A stretch of DNA of 64,000 bases, taken from assembly GCA_051294375.1 (NCBI GenBank), contig CM119268.1:20891869-20955868 (forward strand), given 5' to 3'. The position numbers were made by a program, and so were the translations under genes. Of the stretch, positions 26,291 through 40,701 are shown in pieces. This DNA is from Paraspadella gotoi. Its lineage: Eukaryota > Animalia > Chaetognatha. The notes beneath the pieces were generated by a model. That model ran no database searches and had not been told where the DNA came from. It worked only from the letters and a program-made list of their open reading frames with translations. Every line of letters starts with the position of its first letter. Position 1 is the stretch's first letter.

Positions 26291-26379
26291 TAGGTAATAT
26301 TTTGCTGATTAACTGAGCAAAGCCTTATTGAAATTACCTTAGGTAAAAGAAAAGNNNNNNNNNNNNNNNNNNNNNNNNN

Positions 26380-27015
26380 AATCTCGAGTGAGTACGCGTC
26401 ACGACGAAACTCGTCACGGAATTAATTGTGAAAGGTGAATGGATGATTAACCCTGATTTATAACGAAATGTTCAAAATGAATGATAATTGTTGTTGTTTT
26501 CTTTAATTATAAAATTTCGCGATTTTACTACTGCCGAAACTATTTATTATTTTTTTCGGACGGAAAAATAAGCCTCGTTTAAACTGGCAAGAAAAAAAAA
26601 ACAACTCTGCCTTTGCAAATTTCTCATTTTAAAAAAAAAATAATGTCTTCGACTCAATGTTAAAAAAGTCATACGTAAATTTAAAATATTTTCAAAAATT
26701 TATTATAAAAAAATTAACTCAAGATACTTTATCTTTTATTATAAAAGGCATTTACTCTCGTGGTGGGAAACGACCGCCTCGCTCCCCAGGTTTTAATCTC
26801 TGTCGCAAGTCACAACCACGTCACGCCCAGGTGAAACTGGTGAAGTTAACTTCCGACGTAATAAGATTCAATCTCACTCTTTTACAAGGTGACGCTGTGA
26901 TTTGGTTAAATAGCTGGCGTTCGGGTTGACCCTCATGTATTTATGGTTGTCTTGTGTGATATTATGTTTAATTATTACTTTTTCTTACTTTCTATTCTTC
27001 TTCTTCTTTCTTTCT

Positions 27016-27051
<36 letters not shown>

Positions 27052-27057
27052 TTCTTT

Positions 27058-27093
<36 letters not shown>

Positions 27094-27285
27094 TTCTTCG
27101 TTTCTCCATGTTTTTTATTCTGTCTATTTTTATCGCGGGATTGGGGGACAGAATATGCATGAAGGAGAATCCAGGGCCAAAAGATAAAGCGACCTCCAAG
27201 AAGAGAGATTGAAAAAAAAACAGAAAAAGAAAGAAACAAAAGATAGAAAGATGGAAAAAGAAAGATCTGCTTTTAAAAAGAAGCG

Positions 27286-27319
<34 letters not shown>

Positions 27320-28466
27320 GAGAGGTAGAGAGAGACTGAGAGAGAGAGAGAGAGAGATAGGAAGAAGAGAGAGTAGAAGCGCGAAAAAAAAAGTCGGCTG
27401 TGGTGGGCGCGCGCGTATTAAGAAAAACGATGGACGCCGACACAAAGTTTGAACAAAAGGCAAAGAAAATGCGTCCGTCCATCCGAGAGGCGCGGATAAA
27501 AAAAAGGGCTAAGAAAAACAAAAAAGATAAAAATGAGAAAAAAAGGGAATTTGATTTCAAACACGTCAGGCCGACGTTTCAACATAAAAACGATGGAAGG
27601 GATAATTTTTTATTTAATTTTTATTTTTCAGGTTTGGAAAATTTATGATTCGAATTTAATGACGAAACATCGTGACGAAACTAAATCAGAATAACGACTA
27701 TATAAAATCAAGTTTTAAACAATTCAAGCGGAAAAAAAAATCCAGTTTCCCGCATGTGTTAACCGTCAGCCGATGTATTATTTATCTTTTTTTAGAAAAA
27801 TACTAACTAAAGTAGAGCATTTCGCTGTTTAATTAAAAATTTTACACGAAATTGTATTTGTTGGTTGTGTTGTTTTTCTTTTTTCTCTTTTCATTTGGGA
27901 TCTACTCGACTCGGTTTCGCTTTAATTTCTTCTTCCTTTTTTTCTTCTTTCCCTTATTTCCTCCATTTTCGTGCCTCCATTTTCCGCTCGCCATTTTTTT
28001 AATTACTTGTTTCCTTCAGCGTCGATTGTTAATGGATTTTTCTCTTCTTTTTTAATCATTTTAATCATTTTTTTGCGCCAAAACGCGATTTTTTGGGGTG
28101 TTTGCATCATAATATTCGTGGTTCAGGTTATTAGCTTTAATCTCTTTATTTGCGAAAAATCACATTCTTTCTTGACCTCTTGTCGTTGGAAACTTCGTCT
28201 CTTTGTCGTTGGAGATTTCGTCCTCTTGTCCGTTGGAGATCGTCCTTCTTTGTCGTTGGAGAATTGTCCTTCTGACAATACTCTGCCGCCGTCGAATTTG
28301 ATTCTCTCAGAAGGCACGTGAGCAAGCAGACGGAAAACCCCGCTCATCAGACACTCTTTGTCGTTGGATTTTCGTCCTCTTTTGTCGTTGAGATACTTGT
28401 TCTCTTTGTCGTTGAGAACACCGCTTTCTATTTCCTAATCTTTCATTTCTTTTCTTTCTTTCTTCT

Positions 28467-28498
<32 letters not shown>

Positions 28499-28916
28499 TC
28501 TTTCGAAATCTATCTTTCTTTCTTAATCTTCTTTCTTTTCTTCCCTCACCCAACAACACTTCTCTCTTCTGTCACAAAACCAATTTTAACTTCCTCTTCC
28601 CCGTGAACGAATGCTGACGTCACTGGGATTTCTGGGGAGGAGAGAGAGAGAGAGAGAGAGAAGAGAGAAGAGAGAGAGAGAGAGAGTAAATGTAGAGGAG
28701 AGAGGAGGGCTATTATGAAACAGGGCGAGCAGGAGGACAGAGAGCGAGTAAAAGCAAGGCGAACCGCGAAGTAATGGCGCGGACGCCTGGGTTTCGCCCC
28801 GGTTCCACCACAGGATGCCCTTGCGGCGCCAAGGGAGGGCGGGGTTATCCCTTTCGCGGAAGAAGAGAAGAGAGAGTGATTGAAATAGATGGGGTGATTC
28901 GTCGGGTGTTGTTGAA
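26380..28916 (+). repeat. Segment A, copy 2
   Basis: Homologous to 14606-17211; ORF 26657-26929 is identical to 38365-38637. Confidence 0.93.
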
Positions 28917-31331
28917 TGCGACTGTTTGGAGGTTCTTGTACGTGGAAGGTGATTGTGGTGTTCCATAGGGGCTGCGATGGTACTGGATGTGGATTGACTG
29001 ATGGAGATTGCCTATGCATTGATATTTCCAACAAAGTGTGAGACAGAATAGTGGTCAGAAGTGAGGACAGGGTAAGTTGAACACAGATTGGGAGTGAGTT
29101 TTTTTAAAAAGGAAATGAAACTTTGTTAGAGAAGAAAGAGAGAGAGAGAGATAGACTTTAACAGGAAAATAAATAATTAAAAAAGATACATTGTGCAAAT
29201 AAAGGCGGAACAAAGTAAAAACTTAAGAGTTCTGTAATTAATAGACGTTAGAGCATCCCTGTGGGAAATAACGAAATTAAAAAAATTTAAGATTTTATAT
29301 ACAGTTTATTAACATAGAAGCATTTATAGTTTATCGTATTACTATTAAATCATGAAAATATGTTTTTTTCAAATCAGCAATTTTTAAAAACGAATGTCGG
29401 GTAGAGATTAAAAAATAATTAAAAGAAATAATACCTACAAGATTTCCAAAATTGTTTTTTGTTTTATTTGCTGTAAATTAGGCAAAACCTATAAAATTAA
29501 TGGTAACGACGGTGGAGATGATGATTTTAAAAAGAAGTTTTTCCTTTAATTTGGCCCAGCCATGGTGATCGATTGAAATATTTGAACGTTATAGCTGTTG
29601 GTGTAGAAAAACTTTTTATGGGCTATCTGAATCTGTTCTTAAAAAAATAAAATTTTTTATAAAAGTTTTTTTCATTGTCTAATGCATTGATAAATATTTA
29701 AATGCTTCAATGCAAGAACAAAGTAAAACTAAGAAGTCTGTAATATAAATACACGTTAGAGCATCCTTTGGGATAACGAAATTAAAAAAAAATTTAAGAT
29801 TTTATATACAGTTAATAACAAGAAGCATTTAAAAGTTTATCGTATTACTATAAATCATGAAAATATTTTTTTCAAAATCAGAATTTTTAAAAACGAATTC
29901 GGTAGAGATTAAAAAATTAAATAAAAATATTACTACAGATTTCCAAATTGTTTTGTTTTAATTGCTTAAAATTAGCAAAAAACTATAAAAATTATGGTAC
30001 GACGATGATGATGATGATTTTAAAGAGTTTTTCCTTTGTTTGGCACTTTCATTGAAATATTGAAAAACGCGTTATACTTTGTGTAGAAAAACTTTTATGG
30101 GCTATCTGAATCTTGTTCTTAAAAAATATTTTTTTTATAAAAAGTTTTCATTGCCTATGCATTGGATAATTCCACAAAGTGGTGAGACAGAATAGTTGGT
30201 CAGAGGTTGAAGGACAGGGTAAGTTGAACACGGATTGAGTGAGTTTTTTAAAAAGGAAATTGAAATTTGTAAGAGAGAAAGAGAGAGAGAGAGGATAGAC
30301 TTAACAGGGATAAATAAATAATTAAAAGATACATTGTGCAATAAGGGCGGAACAAAGTAAAAACTCTCTCTCTCGTGTTGGATAATATATTTTAACTTTT
30401 TTTGCACGAGTTTCGAACATTTCCCCGTTGAAAACGATCAAGATTTGTAAAGAGGAAACTAAAATTTGAAAATTCGAAAAAAATGGCTATCCAAAAAATA
30501 TATTTTGAAACGAGTGCGAATCCGATGACGGATCGGTAAGTAATAATAGTATATTTAAAATTGAAAATATGTTTTAAAAATTATTTGTTTATTACTTTAA
30601 AGATTATCCAGTACGATGAACGGGGAAGATGTTCGAACTCAATCATCCGACACGAGACGGAGATCATACTCATTAGTTGTAGCCGTAATGATTATTGTTT
30701 CTCTCATTGTTATTATTGACGTGTGCATGAGAAATAAACTTCGTAGGTTAGTTTCTAGGTTATTCTCTGATGCCCGTGACAATGTCGTTAGTTAGTTTCG
30801 TTCCATTTGTTAGATGTAGAAACTATGTTTGAACAATAAAAATATTTGCCATGAATAGTTCTATTGATGTTAGTTAACTGTGGAATAAGATGCCGGGGGA
30901 ACCCGCATATTCAGAAAGTTTTTTTATGGGGACGCGTCCCTCAGAGTGACAGAAGGTAAACATTGCTCTGGGTATGAGCTGTCAACGAGTTTGACGAGTT
31001 TTGAAAGAATATGCGGGCGCCGCGAGTTTTAACCCGCAAAAAAGTTAGGAACATCGATGGTTCCAGTTGTATGTTCAGCCGGATGGAACAGACGTCGGTA
31101 ATATTATCTGTCTCTTCTTCTCTCTCTCTCCAACGTTCGAATCTGAAATCTCGAAACTCTCCTCTCTCTCTCTCCTCTCTCTTCCGAAACATTCGACATC
31201 TCGAAATCTCGAAACTCACTCTCTCTCTCTCTTTCTCTCTCTCCGTAACCTGATGGTCTGTGCGCGCGGGATGGAATCGCCGGCAATCATTTATCTCGCG
31301 CGCGCGTTTGAACAGGTCGATTCGTGATTCA

Positions 31332-31474
31332 TGTGACCGGACAGGACTGTCGGTTGCCAAATGCACCTACTGGTACCTGGTGGTCATGAGCTGATGGCTT
31401 TACTCATGAGCACCGGGTCAGGCTGAAGGTGTCGTGCTATAGGGCGGGGTGAACCAAGGCAATGCCCGACTACA
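31332..31474 (-). mobile_element. Duplicate of the truncated tRNA-head element 19627-19769
   Basis: Same sequence at +11705. Confidence 0.8.
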
Positions 31475-33547
31475 GATAATTAAATTTAAATTTTTTTTTT
31501 AATCCCAAATAAATGATTTAAAATTGGAAAAAAATGTGGCTGCATTAATTTAGTTGATGATCAACTTGAATATTTGCAGATGTACTTTTCTTCTGATCCT
31601 TAATTTTGATGATTTTTATCGATTTGGCCCGCTTGTAAAACATTTTAATAAAAACTCTTGATAGGAGATAAACGAAACAAAATCGTTTTTTAACAACAAT
31701 TTTATTTTTTATTTTTTGCAAATAAAAATTGGACATGTTCTCGGACTCTTACGGGATTTCGAGTCTTCATCGCATTTGCAAATAACAACAATAACAAACA
31801 ACAGCCATTGTAGAATAACAACAAAGAGAGAAAAGTCTTTAAATAACATAGTTTGAGCAAACAATGTCGATCTGCCTACGATAATTTATTAATTAATTAA
31901 TAATCGATTAATTTAATTAATTAATTTTAAATATATAATAATTAATTTTAAATTTATATTCAACTTATCATCATCGATATCCTTAAAATTGTTTGTTTAC
32001 ATTTTAATCAAAACAAACAAATATCCTCTATTTTTATTTAGGTCCCTTCTCTCTCTCTCTCTCTCACTCTCTCTCTCTTCCTCTCTCTCTCTTTTTATTG
32101 CAATTTTAATTATTTAATTTTAATTAATTAATTAATTAACTAATTAAAACATTTATTAAGTAATCATTAATATTTAAAGATTCAAGTATAATGTGACTTA
32201 TGTTTTTTTTCCATCTAAACTCATTTCCACTGGCACAATTCCGTCAAAACTTATATAATTTATTATATATTAATAAATATTTAAAAGCTTCAGTGCAACA
32301 CCATGAACTAATTCAAAAAAGTTACATTAAAATCGATTTAATAGTACCAGGGAAAAAAAATTAAAAGAGAACAAGAAGTATAAAAAGTGTTCAATTTTTG
32401 GCCGCCTACTAGATATTAGGCCGGAACAGGTTGAAAACTAGAAGTTCTTTTCAAATAAATAATGGTTAAGCGACTATTAAAAAATATGAAAATGAAATAA
32501 TTTTTAAATTTTGGCTTATCAATTTTTTTATAGATTCTTGATAGAGCTTTAAAAGTTAGATAAGGTTATTAATACAATTTTAAAATTTTTTTTTGTTTTA
32601 TTCAATGAAAAAATTTAAAAAAAATAAATTTAGCCAATAATGATGATGATGATTCTTTTTAAGGTTTTTCTATTTTTAACCATTATTGTCAAAATTTTGA
32701 AAAAATTATAAGTACTAACATTCATTTTAACTTTTAAGCTCTACAAGAACCCGTTCTTAAAAAAAATCAAATTTTTAAAAATTTTTTTTGTCATTTTTAT
32801 ATATTAGTTAAATATTTTATGAAGCTTCAATCAACAACCCAATGAACTAATTCAAAAAGTTACATTGAAAAATCGATTTAGTAGTAGAGGAAAAAAGAAA
32901 TTTTTTCGAGAGAACGAGAAGTTATAATAAGTATTAAATTTGGCCCGCCTTACTAGATATATTGCATGTGATTAAACAATGTTATCGAATAATAATTTAT
33001 CAATTTATGTATTTTGTAAGTATTTTTAAGTTTTTTATTCAGTGAGTAAAATAACAACTTTTTTATTCGTAATTTTTATCTCTTTCTTTCTCTCTCCTTT
33101 CTCCTCTCTCTCTCTCTCCTTTGCATTGCAATGATCCTATGCTCATTTTTCTAATCTCTCTCTCCCTCTTTCTCTCTTTGCCAATTGCGACGATCCTTAC
33201 TGCTCATTTTTCTGCACTCTTTCTCTCTCTCTCTCTCTCTCTTTGCAATTGCGACATCCTATGCTCATTTTTCTGCTCTTTTCTTCCTCTCATCTCTCTC
33301 TCTCTCTTTGCAATTGCGACTATCCTTTATGCTCATTTTTCTGCTCTCTCTCTCTCTCTCTCTCTTTTCTTTTAGCAATTGCGACGATCCTTATGCTTTT
33401 AGGATTTTTTTAACTTGCATCATTTTTCTGCTTGCATCATTTTTTCAACTTGCACATTTTTTTGAAATTGCAATCATTTTTCACATTAATTAAATAAATA
33501 ATTATTATAACATTATTAGTAATCATAAATTAGTAATCTTAAATAAT

Positions 33548-35277
33548 AAAGATTCAGTAATTGTGACTTATTTTTTTCCATTTAAACCATTTCCACTGGC
33601 ACAATTCTGTCAAACTTATATCTAGCTTCTTCCACCACTTTCCTACACGCTACAACAAATTTCATCTCAATCTATTATGGTTTAAAATAAGTAAAAAGAT
33701 TCAAGTAAATGTGACTCATATTTTTTCATATAAACTCATTTCCACTAGTACGTTTCCCACCGAAACTTTATATCAAGCATCGTTACACATTTTTCTACCG
33801 ACACAAAAAAATTTAACTCATCTATCCATCAATTATGATTAATTAGAGTACTTATTAGTTAAAATAGTAAAATATTTTAGTAAATGCGACTTATGTTTTT
33901 TTCCACTTAAACTCATTTCCACTCACAACGATTCTGTCGAAACTTATATCCAGCTTTATCACACACTTTCCTACCCACACACAAAATTTCATTCCAATCC
34001 GACCAGCCGATCACGAGTTATTGGAGCTTTTTGCTAAAAGGTGGGACGGATGGACGGATTATGGTTGACTGATTAAATATTATTGATTAATTAATTGACT
34101 AATTATTAATAACTGATTATTATTTGATTATTATAATCCTGCAATAAACGTTTTAATATAAAAAGGAAAAGAATCATAATGAATTAGTGAAACAGGTTTT
34201 TTGTTTTTTTCCATTTAAACTCATTTCCACTCAAAAAGATTCCATCGAAACTTGGTTTCCTGTTCAATTCATACGACTTTTTACTCACATACAAAATTCC
34301 AGGTCAATCGATAATTAAGTGGTCATAAGCTAACTTGGTCAACTTGATAAATTTGGTTAACTGACATAATTTGGTCTACTGACATAATTTGGTCAACTGA
34401 CATAATTTGATCAATTAAGATAATTTGATCAACCGGCATAATTTGGTCCAACTGGCATAATTTGGTCACAGGTATAATTTGGTCAACCTTGCAGAACTTG
34501 ATCAAAGCTTTAAGAATTTGGTCAACTGGCATAATTTGGTCCAATCAATCAATCAATCAATCAGAGGAGAGATAGAGAGAGAGAAACTTTAAAAAATTCA
34601 AATAAATGTGTCTTTATTTTTCTATTAGAACTTCTTTTCCACTCCTACGATTCCATCAAAAAAATTCTATATCAGCTATATCACATACTTTCCTACCCAC
34701 ACACAAATAATTAATTCGATTTATCTATCCAATTTTCAATAAACATATAATTAATGAGTAAATTTAAGTAAAACATACTTCAAGTAAAATGACTTTTGGT
34801 TTTTTTCCATTTTAAACTCATTTCCACTCGACGATTCCATCGAGACTTTATATCCAGCTCAATCACACACTTTCCTACCATCATACAAAATTTCAAGTCA
34901 ATTGGCCCTATCCACTCATGAGCCAATTGGTGTTCAATTTCCATTTAAGACCAATTTCCAACTCGCACGATTCCTCGAAAACTCATATCCACCTCAATCA
35001 CACAGTTTCCTACCACCACACACCAAAATGTCCATACCAATCCATCCATTGCCAATCACGAGTAAATTGGAGTTTTTTTGGCTAAAGGTCGAACGGACGA
35101 CGGACGACGGACGACGGGCAGACGGACGACATCGTTTTTTTTGCATAATTAATCATAATTCGATGTTCTGACATGATATAAGTTGAGTGCCCGACGAAGT
35201 ATTGAGGGGGCGGACCGACGGACCGACAAGTGAGTTATAGAGTCGGGATCTGTTGATAAGCAGATCCGACTAAAAAA
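33548..35277 (+). mobile_element. Duplicate of the DINE-1/HINE-like element
   Basis: Same sequence at +11705; terminal hairpin 35241-35271. Confidence 0.6.
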
Positions 35278-36695
35278 CGCGATAGATTTGACGAAGAAAT
35301 TTAATCTTAAAAGTTGACCTTACCATAAAAAAATCCTTTAGTTTCATCTTAATAAGGGCAGATACCATAAATATAATGATTACCGTAAATAAAATATGTC
35401 CTTACCGTATTTTGAAAGCATAGAAATTCTCCCAGTGAGTTCTACTGTTATAAGAGAAGATAACTATAGCCAACCGTTTTTTTAAATAAAGCGTGTGTGA
35501 TATTAATCAGTGGGAAAAAAGAAATATAGTTATATAAGTTTCAATTTCATTGTTGAAAATACCCCGAATAGAAATCACTGCGTGAATAAGCAAGGACAAA
35601 TGTGAATAAGCAAGGACAATCGCTTAAATCTAAAGAAATTTAATTATTAATTTCACAAATAATTTCAAATATTCAACAAAAATATTACCCCTGGTTGCAA
35701 TCATATAATCAAGAATACCGTGTTTCAATAAGTTTAAATCTCTTAAATATTACTTTTGACCAATAAGAAACTAGATTGAGGGATTGAGGATTTTGACTTC
35801 TAATATAGGTCGTTTTTTCGATTCGAAGGGAACAGCAGTTAAACTCAGATAAAAAGATCAATTAAATATCTCTTACAGGATGATTGAGCTCTAAATAAAC
35901 GCCAAATGAACTATGGTTCAAGCGATGTTAACTGAAATATATTGGCTCCAATAAAAATAATATACATTTTTTTCTCACACAACAATGTAATCACCAATAT
36001 TATGATAAGGATAAATAAACTAACAAAAAAGTACATCCCCAAACCAAAGCTGATAATGACTAAAGGACTATATTTAGCTACTGGAAAACCGTAAAACCAG
36101 GAACTAATATTAAAATCCAAAAGACACATTGAGATTTAAAACTGCAAAAATATAAAGTGATATTGAAAAATTCTATCTCATTTAAGATCATATTAAATAA
36201 TCAACTCTTATATATTTTATAATTTTTTATTTTTTCACTTTAGCCTATTTTATTAGTATTTATTAATAATATAGCTAACAAATAGTTAATCAAATATAAA
36301 ATTTGTAAATAGACTTACCGGAAATATTTATATGGTCTTTATTTTCATATTATGTAAATTAATATGGCTTTTATAAAATTTGAATAATTGAGTTTTTATA
36401 CTCTACAATGTTTTACTCCATTTTTAATAACACCTTGAGGCGACTTACCACCGGTCTCTCTCTCTACACCCTTCCTCTTCTCCTCTTTCTTCGCTAGACT
36501 CACTTCTTTTCTACTTCTCCGTTTAAGCAAGTTTATAGAAATTTTGCTAGCTTCTATTGCTATAGAACAATTCCGCGGAAAAATTTTCTTTCTGATTTTC
36601 CCTTGATTTAAAAGATTGAAAATTTTTTGACTTTTCTGTTTCGCGCAATTTGACATATTTACCAGTAAATATTTTTACAGCCAGCATTCCTGCAT

Positions 36696-37995
36696 ATGCA
36701 TCATGGAACACATTCTTTGGATCTCGAAGCTCCCAAGGACGTGGAACGCGCATGTGCCTCTACCTCGCCATCAGCCGAGAATCTCAAACGGCCCCCCACA
36801 GAGGATGTCGTCCACGCCACCCACCATTACGTCAAAGACGCCACACCGACCTCATCATCCTCCACTATTCGCGGACCAACATGACGCCTTCAGAGACGCC
36901 GCGTGGCGAATCAAAACCAGGGTAAAGAGCGATTTACACGCCCCCCCGATCCAATGTCGGCTCCTCTATGACCGTTACAGGATCATCAAATGTTTTTCAC
37001 CCACTTCGACAACAGGACCTGATTTGAGGCAAAGAACGAGATAGTTTCAATGCGAGCGTAAAGACATCAATAGAATACCCTCACATCACAGGTCAGGGCC
37101 TGCTAGCAGCTCAGTAGGCCCACCGGCGATGCCGCACAGGTCACAGGCGACCTACAACCAAGATTGTGCCAGTTCGCAGGGCAGCCAACACCCGGACGAC
37201 GCCGAATGCGGGTTCAGGAGGCCTCCTCCCACCGCACCTCATGGATTATCAGACGTCAGGCACCAACCGTTCCAAGACGCTAAGTTGCCGCCTTTTTGCA
37301 TGTGGCAACTCCGAGCCTGCTGCATGCAGTCGAGGGGAGTTTCCGCTCGCTGCATTTGTGGATGAGCAAGCACAAAAAGATGCACCTTCTTGTCGCGGTC
37401 TCACAGGAGCATCAGGTGTTGGTAGGGGTTTTACACCAATGGACCACCTGTCTCAGGCGGGTATCAGGCCCTGAAAAAGCACCTGTCTGAGCTGTTCGCC
37501 GAGAAGCCCGGTAGAAGGCACAGAAGCTCCTAGGTCTTCACTCCTTGCAGGACGCATCATTCACAGTTTGTGGCCGCACTGCGCGCTGAGGTCGAATCCC
37601 TGACGATCGACCATCTCCTCAAACGCGATCCTGTCTGAAGCTCCTCCAACCCGTGGCCGAAGGGTAGTCAGCGATGGGGGACGAGAACGCGGAAGCCTAT
37701 CGCCAAGAAGGCGGACGGCATTCTACCTCTGCCAAGGTGATTTCAGATCACTCAAAACCCATTGGAAAAGTCGTCAGTAATGTCGACACCTCCAATTGAT
37801 GGGGCATCTTCGAGGACGACCAATTTGACTCGGAGCGCGATGAGTATGCGCCCGACTTGGCGGATTGATGCATCCACCGCAGAGATGTTGCCTCCCGCAC
37901 ATACGCCAGCGTGTGTGCCGCGACTTCCGGACGTGGCCAACTAACGCCCCCAGGACACAGGTCCGGCTGGCTTACCCGAAGCTAAGGGTGAACAT
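36696..37995 (+). pseudogene. Duplicate of the gag/ORF1-like frameshifted region
   Basis: Same sequence, including the same frameshifts, at +11705. Confidence 0.5.
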
Positions 37996-38084
37996 TAGGT
38001 AATATTTTGCTGATTAACTGAGCAAAGCCTTATTGAAATTACCTTAGGTAAAAGAAAAGNNNNNNNNNNNNNNNNNNNNNNNNN

Positions 38085-38711
38085 AATCTCGAGTGAGACG
38101 GCGTCACGACGAAACTCGTCACCGGAAAATTAATTGTGAAAGGTGAATGGATGATTAACCCTGATTTATAACGAAATGTTCAAAATGAATGATAATTGTT
38201 GTTGTTTTCTTTAATTATAAAATTTCGCGATTTTACTACTGCCGAAACTATTTATTATTTTTTTCGGACGGAAAAATAAGCCTCGTTTAAACTGGCAAGA
38301 AAAAAAAAACAACTCTGCCTTTGCAAATTTCTCATTTTAAAAAAAAAATAATGTCTTCGACTCAATGTTAAAAAAGTCATACGTAAATTTAAAATATTTT
38401 CAAAAATTTATTATAAAAAAATTAACTCAAGATACTTTATCTTTTATTATAAAAGGCATTTACTCTCGTGGTGGGAAACGACCGCCTCGCTCCCCAGGTT
38501 TTAATCTCTGTCGCAAGTCACAACCACGTCACGCCCAGGTGAAACTGGTGAAGTTAACTTCCGACGTAATAAGATTCAATCTCACTCTTTTACAAGGTGA
38601 CGCTGTGATTTGGTTAAATAGCTGGCGTTCGGGTTGACCCTCATGTATTTATGGTTGTCTTGTGTGATATTATGTTTAATTATTACTTTTTCTTTATTTC
38701 TTTCTTCTTCT

Positions 38712-38744
<33 letters not shown>

Positions 38745-39043
38745 TTTCTTTCTTTCTTTTCTTTTCTCTTTCTTTTTTTTCTATCTTTCTTTCTTTCTTT
38801 CTTTCTTTTTCTTCTTTTTCTTTCTTTCTTTCTTTTCTTCGTCGTTTCTCCATGTTTTTTATTCTGGTCTATTTTTATCGCGGGATTGGGGGACAGAATA
38901 TGCATGAAGAGAATCCAGGGCCAAAAAGATAAAGCGACCTCCAAGAAGGGAGAGATTGAAAAAAAAACAGAAAAAGAAAGAAAACAAAAGATAGAAAGAT
39001 GGAAAAAGAAAGATCTGCTTTTTAAAAAGAAGCGAGCAGAGAG

Positions 39044-39079
<36 letters not shown>

Positions 39080-39090
39080 TGAGAGAGGAG

Positions 39091-39124
<34 letters not shown>

Positions 39125-40701
39125 AGTGAAAAGAGAATAGACGCAGAAAAAAAAAGTCGGCTGGGGTGGGGGGCGCGCGTAATTAAGAAAACGATGACGC
39201 CGACAAAAGTTGAACAAAAGGGCAAAAAAGCGTCGTCCATCCCGAGAGGCGCGGATAAAAAAAAAGGCTAAGAAAAACAAAAAAGAAAAAAAGAGAAAAA
39301 AAAGGGAATTGATTCAAAAACGTCGGCCGCGTTTCAACAGTAAAACGATGGAAAGGGATAATTTTTTTATTTAATTTTTATTTTTCAGGTTGGAAATTTA
39401 ATGATTCGAATTTAATGACGAAACATTCGGAACTAAATCAGAATAACGACTATAATAAAATCAAGTTTTAACAATTAAGGGAAAAAAAAATCAGTTTCCC
39501 GCATGTGTTGAAACCGTCAGCCGATGTATTAATTATTTTCTTGAAACAATACTAACTAAAAGTAGAGACAATTTCGCTGTTAATTAAAAATTTGTACCGA
39601 AATTGTATTTTGTTGTTGTTGTTGTTATTTCTTTTTTTTCTCTTTTCATTTTGGGATCTACCTCGACTTTCGTTTCGCTTTAATTTCTTCTTTCCTTTTT
39701 TTTCTTCTTTCCTTCATTTTCCTCCATTTTCGTGCCTCCATTTTCCGCTCGCCATTTTTTTTTTAATTCTTTGTTTTCCTTTCAGCGTCGATTTGTTAAT
39801 GGATTTATTTCTTTCTTTTTTTTTAATCATTTTTAATCATTTTTTTGGCCAAAAAACGGATTTTTTTGGGGTGTTTTCATCATAAATATTCGTGGGTTCG
39901 ATTTAGCTTTTAATTCTCTTATTGCGAAAAATACACATTCTTTCTTGACCTCTTTGTCGTTGGAAACTCGTCCTCTTTGTCGTTGGAGATTCGTCCTCTT
40001 TGTCGTTGGAGATTCGTCCTCTTTGTCGTTGGAGATTCGTCCTCTTTGTCGTTGGACATAAACTCTCGTCGTCGTCCGTCGATATTGATTCTCTCAGAAG
40101 GGTGAGCAAGAGACGGAAAACCCCGCTCATCAGACACTCTTTGTCGTTGGATATTCGTCCTCTTTGTCGTTGGATACTTGTCTTCTTTGTCGTTGGACAC
40201 TCGTCTTTCTTTTTCTTACTTTCTTTCTTTCTTTCTTTCTTTCTTCTTTCAGATCTAATCTTTCTTTACTTCATCTATCTTTTTCTTATTTCTTCCCTAC
40301 CCACAACACTTCATCTCTTCTGTCACAAAACCCAATTTTACTCCCTCCCTCGCTGAACGAAGCTGACGTCACTGGGATTTCTGGGAGGAGAGAGAGAGGA
40401 GGAGAAGAGAGAGAGAAGAGAGAAAGATGATAGAGTAGAGAAGAGAGAGGAGACGACGTAAAATATCTGTAGACGAGAGAGAGAGAGGGAGGCTATTAGA
40501 AAAGGGCGAGAGAGGATAGAGAGCGAGTGAAAAGCAAGGGAGACCGCGAAGTAATGGGGCGTGACGCCTGGGGTTTCGCCCCGGTTCCACCCAAAGGATG
40601 ACCCCCTTGGCGCCAGGGAGGGCGGGGTTTCCCTTTCCGCGGGAAGAGAGAGAGAGAGAGTGATTGAAATAGATGGGGTGATTCGTCGGGGTGTTGTTGA
40701 A
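38085..40701 (+). repeat. Segment A, copy 3 (continues into unique sequence after 40701)
   Basis: Diverges from copies 1 and 2 immediately after gtgttgttgaa. Confidence 0.93.

Larger units (their letters stand above)
17121..26354 (+). repeat. Segment B (plus end of A), copy 1 of an apparently identical 9.2-kb direct duplication
   Basis: ORFs in 18430-26239 recur with identical translation at +11705; both copies end at ...aggtaaaagaaaag followed by 25 N. Confidence 0.96.
28826..38059 (+). repeat. Segment B, copy 2 (duplicate of 17121-26354, with all its nested repeats)
   Basis: Constant offset of 11705 with identical ORF translations. Confidence 0.96.

Noticed and set aside
14606-40701. Tandem LTR retrotransposons with A as a shared LTR
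   Set aside because: A lacks TG...CA termini, PBS and PPT; B has no pol; both B ends are cut at 25-N gaps.
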